Source: an uncultured Pseudomonadales bacterium (GTDB lineage: Bacteria > Patescibacteriota > Microgenomatia > UBA1400 > PJMF01). Taken from it: a stretch of 62,020 nt of DNA. The stretch is taken from NCBI GenBank assembly GCA_964432115.1, contig CAYSMC010000024.1, positions 1 to 62,020 on the forward strand, in the 5' to 3' direction. The notes under the pieces are model-generated. The model did no database searches and had not been told where the DNA came from. It was given only the letters and a program-made list of their open reading frames with translations. The position numbers and the translations under genes are program-made. This document shows, in pieces, positions 29,479-37,371 of this stretch; position 1 is the first letter of the stretch; each line of letters begins with the position of its first letter.

Positions 29479-30929
29479 GATTGTTGTTGAACTTTGAGAA
29501 TATTGTGAGCGCCTTGATAGAAAATTTTAGGTAAGTGTTGGGTGTTGATCATGGCCTGAGTAATCCAGCTAGATTGATTGCTAATCTGACTGTCTGGTTT
29601 GGGTATTGGACGAGCACTACTGCTAATTAACTGACTTTGTTGGGTGTGAACTGGTTGTTTTTGGCTAAGGTGAATAAGCTGTTTAATAATATGATCAACC
29701 TCAACTTTTTGGCTGATGCCATATTTTTCAAAAACCGCTCGTACATTATGTTCCCATTCACCCCATTCTTTCATAGTCAGCAAAGCTGCTCTAGACAAAG
29801 CAGCATCATAAGCCATGTCTCCTGAAGGTTTGCTAATAATTACATCAGCCCAAGGAAACCCGTAGCGAATTAAAAGTTCATTGGCATCGATAATTTGAGG
29901 ATGATAAATAATATGAAATTTAATATTACTTTTTTGATGATGACGGACCTTATTGAGCCAACCGGCTTGGATAAAAGCAGCTGGGTCATGGGGACTAATT
30001 AAATTGAATTGCACTTGATATTTTTTGGCTAAGTTGCTGGCCATTTTTTGGTGATCAGCGTGGGTTCCGGTGTAATACATGAGTTCAAATTTAGGTAAAC
30101 CTACTTGGGTTTTTTTGAGAGTTGGCAACAATTGATCAAGAATTTTTTTAATTTCTTGTTTATTAGTGCCTAAGCCACCTGTGCTAATTAAAATTTTTAG
30201 AGGTTTATCACCAGTCCAAGCCTTTTTCTTTGTGGCGGTAGCCAGAATACGGGGGTCAACCGGAGGGCCGGTCACAATTACTTTATCTTGGATTTGTTGT
30301 GCAGGAATCTTAATATTTTCTGCCGCCGCCACTTTAAAAAATTCTTCTTTGGTCTGTTCATCAAAAACCATAAAGCGGATATTTGCTTTATTAGCGTTTT
30401 TGACATAATCGCTTCGTACATGAGGGTCAGTAATCATTTGCAAGACTTGTTTGCCATTTTCAGCTAAGATATTACCAGCAGCAATGTGAAAAGATAAAAT
30501 ACTTTGATCGAGATTTTGCGTTAAAAATTTAGTAGCTGGTTCAATGTTGCTCAGAATTGGCAGTTTGGAACGGCCAAATCGATCTACTAAATCTTTAAGT
30601 CCCTTGAGTATTGGTCGACGAGCAATAGTTTTACCAATTTCATCTGTTAGTCTGATTTGTTTCCAGTCTTCTTGTTTAATGTGATTGGTGGGATCTACTA
30701 ACCACGCTTTTTGGGGATCAATTTGTTTATCCCAGGCGGCGACTGCAATAGCCAGAGCCATAGAATAGTGAGCTCGGGAAAAGACTATATCTTGAATTTG
30801 ATCATTTTCCACTTCGCCATGAAAACCTTTAAGATCTTCTTTAAACGAAGCAGAAACGGTGATAATTGCTACTTTGGTATTTTCCAATAATTTTTTATCT
30901 CGATAGAGAAGGGCAAAGTCTTGTTGCAT
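29475..30929 (-). CDS. GT-B fold glycosyltransferase-like protein (MurG/MGDG synthase-like)
   Basis: VTGPPVDP, ISTGGLG, DVIISKPSG motifs. Confidence 0.6.
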   Translation of the reverse strand: MQQDFALLYRDKKLLENTKVAIITVSASFKEDLKGFHGEVENDQIQDIVFSRAHYSMALAIAVAAWDKQIDPQKAWLVDPTNHIKQEDWKQIRLTDEIGKTIARRPILKGLKDLVDRFGRSKLPILSNIEPATKFLTQNLDQSILSFHIAAGNILAENGKQVLQMITDPHVRSDYVKNANKANIRFMVFDEQTKEEFFKVAAAENIKIPAQQIQDKVIVTGPPVDPRILATATKKKAWTGDKPLKILISTGGLGTNKQEIKKILDQLLPTLKKTQVGLPKFELMYYTGTHADHQKMASNLAKKYQVQFNLISPHDPAAFIQAGWLNKVRHHQKSNIKFHIIYHPQIIDANELLIRYGFPWADVIISKPSGDMAYDAALSRAALLTMKEWGEWEHNVRAVFEKYGISQKVEVDHIIKQLIHLSQKQPVHTQQSQLISSSARPIPKPDSQISNQSSWITQAMINTQHLPKIFYQGAHNILKVQQQS

Positions 30930-31086
30930 GTTCTTAGCCTAGCAGTTTTTTGCAAACTGCGCTAGCTTTGTTTTGAGAGTATTTATTAGAGATTTTGATA
31001 TAAAACTTTTGGGTTTTTTATTGACTTTTATGCTAAAATAGCACGACGTTAGAGTATTCTTTTGAAGATGAAAGTATCTTTTAGAT

Positions 31087-32064
31087 ATGAATAATGCCGA
31101 AAAAAGCAGAGCCAACATTAATAATGGTCACTCTATCCCTTATTGGTCGGCTACTTTGATAGAACGGTTTGCTGGTAAAATCTTATCATTCGCTGATAGA
31201 TTCTTATTAAAAGATGATGAGGAAGTAGATAAAACCCAGCAATTAGTTAATCAGTCCAGGTATAGATTGATTAAAGAAAGAGCTTTGGGTTTAGCAGAAG
31301 ATGCAACAATTAAAGTTGCTGGAGAGCGATTTCTAAAACAGCATAATTTACCCAGATATAATAAAGTTAAATGGCCCTTAATAGAATTTTTAGAAAATTC
31401 TCAAGAACGTCTGGATAATTTTGTGAGTCCAACTGGTTTGTATTTTCCCGAGTTTATTAACCTAAAAACTGAACATAGAATTTATGCGTTGAGCCAAACT
31501 AGAGATGAAGTTGAAAAGTTTATTTTACAAATGTTGGAAGACGAGCAATGCACACCTGAAGATTATTTATTTGTGTTATCAGAATTTTGGCCCAACGATT
31601 ATGGGGGCAGTGTCATAATTAATAAAGCAGGTGATGTGTCGATAGAATTGATGAAAGGATCACACACGCCACTAACTACAGGTAGGGGTAAAATTTTGCT
31701 AACTGCTAAGAGTGATTGTTATACTAAATTATTAAAATTTATAGAATATCAAGAGATCGACCCAGACTTACAAACAGAGCTTCGTCAGACCATTAATAAG
31801 ATTCTGGCCTTAATCCCCAAAAAATCAGTGCTGGTTAGTAAACAAGTAACGGGCAGGTTTCAAGAGGTAATAGACAATGGTGATGGGCCATCTGTAAAAC
31901 TTCCTTATGCTGGTTATTTTGAATTTATTTTATCCAGGTTAAAAACCGATTCAACATTAAGACCATTTTTTATTGATGCGCGAGTTGGCAAAGCAGGAGA
32001 TAAATATTATTCTGTGAACAAAAATTTGTCAGAGGAAAATAATCTATCTCAGATGGCCCGTTAA
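31087..32064 (+). CDS. Hypothetical protein
   Basis: 325-aa ORF, no recognised motif. Confidence 0.7.
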   Translation: MNNAEKSRANINNGHSIPYWSATLIERFAGKILSFADRFLLKDDEEVDKTQQLVNQSRYRLIKERALGLAEDATIKVAGERFLKQHNLPRYNKVKWPLIEFLENSQERLDNFVSPTGLYFPEFINLKTEHRIYALSQTRDEVEKFILQMLEDEQCTPEDYLFVLSEFWPNDYGGSVIINKAGDVSIELMKGSHTPLTTGRGKILLTAKSDCYTKLLKFIEYQEIDPDLQTELRQTINKILALIPKKSVLVSKQVTGRFQEVIDNGDGPSVKLPYAGYFEFILSRLKTDSTLRPFFIDARVGKAGDKYYSVNKNLSEENNLSQMAR

Positions 32065-32089
32065 CTGCTATAATAATGCCTATTAACAA

Positions 32090-32160
32090 GGGGCGGTAGT
32101 TCAACGGTAGAATCAAGGTCTCCAAAACCTTTGATGAGGGTTCGATTCCTTCCCGCCCTG
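32090..32160 (+). tRNA. tRNA-Trp(CCA)
   Basis: GGGGCGGTAGTTCAACGGTAGAA..AAGGT-CTCCAAA-ACCTT..GAGGGTTCGATTCCTTCCCGCCCTG; TATAAT just upstream. Confidence 0.95.
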
Positions 32161-32161
32161 C

Positions 32162-32201
32162 ATTATAAAAATAGAGCTAAATTTAGCTCTATTTTTATAA
32201 T
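32162..32201. terminator. Perfect 40-bp palindrome directly after tRNA-Trp
   Basis: ATTATAAAAATAGAGCTAAA|TTTAGCTCTATTTTTATAAT. Confidence 0.7.
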
Positions 32202-32208
32202 TGATAAG

Positions 32209-32365
32209 TGAGAGGAATCGAATGCCGGAGCAATAGGGCAATCTAAAGCCCATATTGCGAGGCGGGGTCGACGGGCGCGACCGAGTGAGTAGAAGCTTCA
32301 CGAGAGTGTGAAGCTTCGTAACGAACGACCGAGCGAACCGGTGACCGATTCCTTCCCGCCCTGCA
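32209..32365. other. GC-rich multi-hairpin element ending in a 20-nt duplicate of the tRNA-Trp 3' end
   Basis: CGATTCCTTCCCGCCCTGCA at 32346-32365 equals 32143-32162; outer AGGAATCG/CGATTCCT pairing; three internal hairpins. Confidence 0.8.
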
Positions 32366-32604
32366 AAACCATTTACTCAATAATTATTTCTCTATTTTTA
32401 TCTACTAAAATCCACTTCAAATTAGTTATTTATTTATTAGGTGGTTGATAATTATTAGATATTTATATATCAAATGATATAATAAAGGTTATCAGGGCAG
32501 TAAAAAGACTTGATCTTCTTTTTAAAGCAAAAAGAAAGATGAGACTACTTTTTTCTACCTGAGCACATTAACTTCTAAGCAAAAAAAATCAAACCTAGGA
32601 GGTT

Positions 32605-32820
32605 ATGATGGATGAATTTTTTCAAATAATGATTGTTTTTGTTGGCGTTGGTCTGATAATGACCATTCAAAGCTTTAGGTTTATGCTGGAACGGGCTGGT
32701 CTTTTAATAGCTCTTTTTAGCTTATTTGCATGGTGCGTCCCAATGGCTGGTTGGCTTTTTATGTTTTATGCGGCAATCATGCAAACTATGGAAGACTTGG
32801 GAATGGAACCTCCACTCTAA
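32605..32820 (+). CDS. Small hydrophobic membrane protein
   Basis: AGGAGG SD, hydrophobic 71-aa ORF, followed by a terminator. Confidence 0.7.
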   Translation: MMDEFFQIMIVFVGVGLIMTIQSFRFMLERAGLLIALFSLFAWCVPMAGWLFMFYAAIMQTMEDLGMEPPL

Positions 32821-32846
32821 TCAGCTTAGATGAAAGAATGTGAATG

Positions 32847-32880
32847 AAGCGCCCTTTTAAAAGAAGGCGCTTTTGCTTTT
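32847..32880 (+). terminator. Intrinsic terminator
   Basis: AAGCGCC..GGCGCTT followed by T-rich tract. Confidence 0.7.
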
Positions 32881-32897
32881 GTTTTTATTAAATAACC

Positions 32898-32930
32898 AAA
32901 ATAAGTTCCAACATCCTTCACCAATCCCTC
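32898..32930 (+). repeat. Cassette-boundary repeat R1
   Basis: AAAATAAGTTCCAACATCCTTCACCAATCCCTC. Confidence 0.92.
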
Positions 32931-32990
32931 TAGCATATAAAAAGAACTAAAGGTTATTCTTTTTTGATACATGTTAGAATTAATTAACTT

Positions 32991-33401
32991 ATGAATGAGG
33001 TAGATAATGATAGGGAGAGTCCCAAACATCCTAATAATTTATCAATTATTGATCTTTGTAACATATATTTAGAGATTATTGGTCAAAGTAAGAAACATAG
33101 TGAAGATAATTGGAATACTGCTATCGATCAGCTACTGCAGATTTATGAAGACCAGCCCGATTTATTGAAAAGAGACACCATTCGTTTGTGGAATGAAAAA
33201 CCAGATATTATTATTTCTTTCTTGGCAAGAATAAATTCAACTAAAAAAACTATTGGTATGGAATCAGGATTAGATATTAAAACTGGAGATGAAGAAGCTT
33301 CAATTATGAACGAAATCGATGCTAAATTAAATGAAGAAAAAGAAAATGCTTTTCTCAAAGGTATTCTAAGTGGAAGAATCAAAGGCTCCACATCTTATTA
33401 G
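32991..33401 (+). CDS. Hypothetical protein (cassette cargo)
   Basis: 136-aa ORF preceded by TGtTAGAAT. Confidence 0.7.
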   Translation: MNEVDNDRESPKHPNNLSIIDLCNIYLEIIGQSKKHSEDNWNTAIDQLLQIYEDQPDLLKRDTIRLWNEKPDIIISFLARINSTKKTIGMESGLDIKTGDEEASIMNEIDAKLNEEKENAFLKGILSGRIKGSTSY

Positions 33402-33418
33402 TCTGCAAGAATTAATTT

Positions 33419-33904
33419 ATGATAATAGTTACTAATTCACCATTAGAAAGATGGGAAGAATATAAACAATTACGGTTAGAATCGCTTAGCGACTCACCTC
33501 AGTCGTTTCTAGATGATATTGACAAAACTCAGGAGATATCAAAAGAAGAGTGGCAAAAAAAGCTTGAAAACATATATTTTGCCGAAATGGATGGTAAGTG
33601 GGTAGGAATGATTGGTGCTTATCAGGACGAAAGATCTAAATTAAATCACATTATGAAAGTTGTAAGTTTTTATGTATCTCCAAAATATCGTGGTCATGGA
33701 ATAGGGAAAGCACTTTTGTCAGAAGTTATTGATAAATCTAAGAAAGTTAAGGGAGTTAAGAAGTTAGAATTAGGTGTAATTACCACACAGGAAGCAGCTT
33801 ATCAGCTATATTTAACTCTTGGATTTAAAAAAGTTGGTGAACAAAAGTATTCAGTTAGGGTTGGAGATAAGTATTTTGATGAATATTTAATGGAACTTTA
33901 TTGA
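33419..33904 (+). CDS. GNAT family N-acetyltransferase
   Basis: YVSPKYRGHGIGKALL, LYLTLGF. Confidence 0.92.
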   Translation: MIIVTNSPLERWEEYKQLRLESLSDSPQSFLDDIDKTQEISKEEWQKKLENIYFAEMDGKWVGMIGAYQDERSKLNHIMKVVSFYVSPKYRGHGIGKALLSEVIDKSKKVKGVKKLELGVITTQEAAYQLYLTLGFKKVGEQKYSVRVGDKYFDEYLMELY

Positions 33905-33908
33905 GATT

Positions 33909-33942
33909 AAACCAAGTTCCAACATCCTCTACCAGTCCCTGC
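33909..33942 (+). repeat. Cassette-boundary repeat R2
   Basis: AAACCAAGTTCCAACATCCTCTACCAGTCCCTGC, 4 nt after GNAT stop. Confidence 0.92.
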
Positions 33943-34003
33943 GAAATATATTAAGTCAAAGCGTTCAGCACTATTAATCTCTAATCATTTATAATAAATT
34001 TAT

Positions 34004-34531
34004 ATGGAAAAAATATATTTTGTTCGTCATGGGGAGAGTGAAGCAAATGTAGAGCGAAAATTTGCTGGGCAAAAAGAGGATTCTCCATTAACTGAGCTTG
34101 GTCGAGAACAAGCTAAACAAGCTGCTTTAGACTTATTGCATTACAATTATCAGATTGATCGAGTTATTTCTTCACCGCTCGCAAGAGCTTATAAAACTGC
34201 GCAAATATTAATCAAAGAAGCAGGCTTGGATCTAGAAATTGAAATTGATCAAAGACTAGCTGAATATGATATGGGATCACTAACCGGCACCACTTATCAC
34301 AAAATAAATTCAAGGGAGCTGATAAGTGCCGAGGGAGCAGAAGACCCTCAGGCATTTCAAGGTCGTGTACAAAGTTTATTGGATGAACTTAGTCATGGGG
34401 ATAAAAATGTATTACTAGTTAGTCACGCGGGTGTGGGGAGAATAATTGAGGTAGCTAAAAAAAGTTTAGATCCTAATGATTTTTATGATCTTGAAGCTTT
34501 GCCAAATGCAAAAATTATTGTCCTTTATTGA
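34004..34531 (+). CDS. Histidine phosphatase family protein
   Basis: RHGES, SSPLARA..TA, E..MG, VSHAG. Confidence 0.93.
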   Translation: MEKIYFVRHGESEANVERKFAGQKEDSPLTELGREQAKQAALDLLHYNYQIDRVISSPLARAYKTAQILIKEAGLDLEIEIDQRLAEYDMGSLTGTTYHKINSRELISAEGAEDPQAFQGRVQSLLDELSHGDKNVLLVSHAGVGRIIEVAKKSLDPNDFYDLEALPNAKIIVLY

Positions 34532-34541
34532 TTTTTTTGAG

Positions 34542-34573
34542 TAAGCAAGTTCCAACATCCTTCCCGCCCTGCA
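34542..34573 (+). repeat. Cassette-boundary repeat R3 (hybrid with exact tRNA-Trp 3' end)
   Basis: AAGTTCCAACA + TCCTTCCCGCCCTGCA (16 nt identical to 32147-32162). Confidence 0.93.
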
Positions 34574-34634
34574 AATGATGCATTGTGATACAATTAAATT
34601 ATTGATAAAGCCAATTTATTAAATTAAGGAAAAC

Positions 34635-34946
34635 ATGACAAGAACTAAATATTCACCAGAAATAATGAGGGAGGGTATTGAGGAGATGTTACAAAGAAAT
34701 TTTTCTTTAAAAACATATCAGAGTCCTGAATTAAACCAAGCGATTGGCAGATCAATTCAAGAAAAAGTAGCTGAAGGCTTTAATTGGGGAACTATTATTT
34801 ATCCAGTATTTGTCCCGTTTTTTGTTTCTGATGATCCTGAAATTAAGAAAAATAGGCAGCAATTCATAGAAGAACATGGTGGAGAAGAAAATATTGAATT
34901 TTATTTAATTCGCAGAACGGGTGAAATCATTGTTTTGACAAAATAA
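34635..34946 (+). CDS. Hypothetical protein (cassette cargo)
   Basis: AAGGA SD; TAA stop lies inside repeat R4. Confidence 0.75.
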   Translation: MTRTKYSPEIMREGIEEMLQRNFSLKTYQSPELNQAIGRSIQEKVAEGFNWGTIIYPVFVPFFVSDDPEIKKNRQQFIEEHGGEENIEFYLIRRTGEIIVLTK

Positions 34947-34973
34947 GTTCCAACATCCTTCACCAGTCCCTGC
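34940..34973 (+). repeat. Cassette-boundary repeat R4
   Basis: AAAATAAGTTCCAACATCCTTCACCAGTCCCTGC. Confidence 0.93.
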
Positions 34974-35011
34974 TTGATAAAATTAATTCAATTTTAGAGG
35001 AAGATAGAGTA

Positions 35012-35353
35012 TCATTTCACAAATTTCAATTGCTCAGACGACCATCTTGGTATGTTAACTAGAACAAGCTTAAGTTCTTTTCCTTTAGACCAGTATTTTT
35101 CACCTTTCTTAAAATGGTAGAAGTCGCCTTTCTCAATAATAAAATTGCCAAATTCCGAGTGAATGACTCCAGAACCACTTAACACGTAGTAAATCTCTTC
35201 ACATTCAGTGTTTACAACTCTTTTCTGTTCTGGAAATCTTCCATTAATATATGCTATTGCAAAACTTACATCTTTACTTTGAGAGTCATACTCCCAAAAA
35301 ATACATTGATCAGAATTTATTTTCTTTTTTACCTGTGATTTTTTAATTAACAT
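35012..35353 (-). CDS. Cupin domain protein
   Basis: EEIYYVLSGSG..GDFYHFKKGEKY cupin motifs. Confidence 0.85.
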   Translation of the reverse strand: MLIKKSQVKKKINSDQCIFWEYDSQSKDVSFAIAYINGRFPEQKRVVNTECEEIYYVLSGSGVIHSEFGNFIIEKGDFYHFKKGEKYWSKGKELKLVLVNIPRWSSEQLKFVK

Positions 35354-35513
35354 AATTAAACTTGATTGGTTGGTATTTTAACGTTTATCACAGTTAGTCA
35401 TTATCTATGCTGTTGACATAACCAAGTAATACTTTTACAACAAAGCTGCTTTTAATATATCAAATCTTAAAGATTTATACGATAACCACTGTATGACACT
35501 CACGTTTTTTCTT

Positions 35514-35548
35514 AAAATAAGTTCCAACATCCTTTGTTAACCTTTGCA
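35514..35548 (+). repeat. Cassette-boundary repeat R5
   Basis: AAAATAAGTTCCAACATCCTTTGTTAACCTTTGCA. Confidence 0.9.
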
Positions 35549-35602
35549 AATACAAAAAAACTTGATTCTAAGTATCAAGCTCATAAGCTATAATTATTGA
35601 AA

Positions 35603-36168
35603 ATGTCAAATAATCGATTAATTAACTCTATTGCTATAAAACTTGTAGAAAAGCCTAGTCAAACACAAAAAAAACAAATTTTTAGACTCCAACAAGAAGT
35701 TTTTTCTTATATAGATGAAAAGGAAGCAAAAGAAGATTTTTATCATCCCGAATCAGCGCATGTTTTAGCTTATCTTGGTGATGACTTAGTTTCTTGGGCT
35801 GGCGTGCATATAAGTCAGCAAGTATTTCAAGATAAAAGTATTAAATTGGGTGGCTATGGAATTTGTACCCATACTAATTATCAGGGTCAAGGCATTGGTT
35901 CTTTAGTTTCCAAAAAGCCATGGAGTATCTTAAAAATAATGGGGTAGAGGTGGCATTTTTATCAGTTGATTTAGATAATGAATCATCAATAGCATTTCAT
36001 AAAAAGAACGGATTTGTGATGCTCCCACAGAAATATTCTTGGACAAATTCTAGTGGTGAGCTCAAGGAAGATAAGGGAGCAATGATTGCACCAGTCAATT
36101 CTCAAGAGTTATTCAACTATATCTTAAAAACAAACAAAGTTTTATATGTGGGCAATGGTTATTGGTGA
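35603..36168 (+). pseudogene. Frameshifted GNAT acetyltransferase (AAC(2')/Eis-like), split at an A5 run
   Basis: First ORF ends ..THTNYQGQGIGSLVSK; second frame continues AMEYLKNNG..FHKKNGF; one extra A at 35912-35916 would fuse them. Confidence 0.8.
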
Positions 36169-36171
36169 GTT

Positions 36172-36206
36172 AAAATAAGTTCCAACATCGTTCACTAATC
36201 TCTACA
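36172..36206 (+). repeat. Cassette-boundary repeat R6
   Basis: AAAATAAGTTCCAACATCGTTCACTAATCTCTACA, 3 nt after TGA. Confidence 0.9.
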
Positions 36207-36301
36207 AAATAAATTTTTAATTTACAGTTTTTCTATATCCTGATCTTAATGTCTCAAATAAAGATAATTTAATTGCATTTAAACTCTGATAAAATAAGAG
36301 T

Positions 36302-37174
36302 ATGAAAATAGTTGAAACAAAAACTTCCAAAGGAATAACATATAAAGGACTATTGTCCGTTCCCGAAAAGAATAGTAATAAGATTATTATTCACGTTCAT
36401 GGGATGGGAGGAAGTATTATCTATAACGATTTTTATGTCTCAATGCATGAAAAATATCCGCAGAATGCTTATTCGTTTTTAGTTGGTGAAAATCGGGGAT
36501 CAGAAATTATTAAAGGTTTTAAACGAGGTGATGAGTCTGTACTTTTAGGTAATGCTTTTGAAAGATTTGAAGATTGTGTGGAAGATATTCAGGCATGGAT
36601 CAACTTTGCTGTGGAAAGAGGATACGAAGAGATTTGGTTGCAGGCTCATAGTTTGGGTCCATCCAAAGTAGCTTATTATCTAAATCAAAAAAACCCTAAA
36701 AACATTAAGGGGGTTATTTGGTTAAGTCCTTCAGATATAATTGGTCTAGTTCGCTATTCTGAAATGATAAATGAACATAAGAAGCTAATGAAAGAGGCAA
36801 AAGAACTAATAAATAGAGGAAAAGGGAATGAACTTCTTTCTGATAAGTTATGGGGAGAATATTTACTGAGTGCAAAGACTTACATTGATTTTTTTGAAGA
36901 GACAGCTAATACGGCAATCTTTAATTATAGAGATAATTCTTTGGGTTGGCAGGTTGTAAATGATATAAGTGTGCCTGTTTTTACTATCACAGGGACTGAG
37001 GATGATGGCATTAAACCAGTTATTGATCCTAAAGAAGCAATGGTGCTATTGGAGTCAGAATTAAAGAATTCCCCCAGAGTTAAAACTGTTGTCTATGAGG
37101 GTGCTGAACACAGTTTTAATGGTTTTGAGCTAAGAATAGTCGATGATGTTTTGGAGTTCATAAGTAAGGAATAA
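36302..37174 (+). CDS. Alpha/beta hydrolase (DUF1749-like)
   Basis: HVHGMGG, AHSLG nucleophile elbow, GTEDD, GAEHSF. Confidence 0.88.
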   Translation: MKIVETKTSKGITYKGLLSVPEKNSNKIIIHVHGMGGSIIYNDFYVSMHEKYPQNAYSFLVGENRGSEIIKGFKRGDESVLLGNAFERFEDCVEDIQAWINFAVERGYEEIWLQAHSLGPSKVAYYLNQKNPKNIKGVIWLSPSDIIGLVRYSEMINEHKKLMKEAKELINRGKGNELLSDKLWGEYLLSAKTYIDFFEETANTAIFNYRDNSLGWQVVNDISVPVFTITGTEDDGIKPVIDPKEAMVLLESELKNSPRVKTVVYEGAEHSFNGFELRIVDDVLEFISKE

Positions 37175-37227
37175 TTTTAATTCGTTTAACTGAAAAGGCT
37201 AGGTAAACAAATACCGTAATAAAACCG

Positions 37228-37260
37228 AAAATAAGTTCCAACATCCTTCACTAAGCTTTG
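37228..37260 (+). repeat. Cassette-boundary repeat R7
   Basis: AAAATAAGTTCCAACATCCTTCACTAAGCTTTG. Confidence 0.9.
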
Positions 37261-37371
37261 TTTGAAGGATTAACCCTCATGTTTTTCTATAATTGACTGC
37301 TGAATGTTGAAAAAGCTTCAACAGCGTTAGCAATTTCTGATTAATTAATACATTGTGATCTATTTTGATTT

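Noticed and set aside
32113-32301. 62-aa minus-strand ORF
   Set aside because: Antisense to tRNA-Trp, the palindrome and the structured element; unlikely to be a real gene.
32826-33029. 67-aa minus-strand ORF through R1
   Set aside because: Overlaps a better + strand gene and a terminator; only the repeat-derived peptide is informative.
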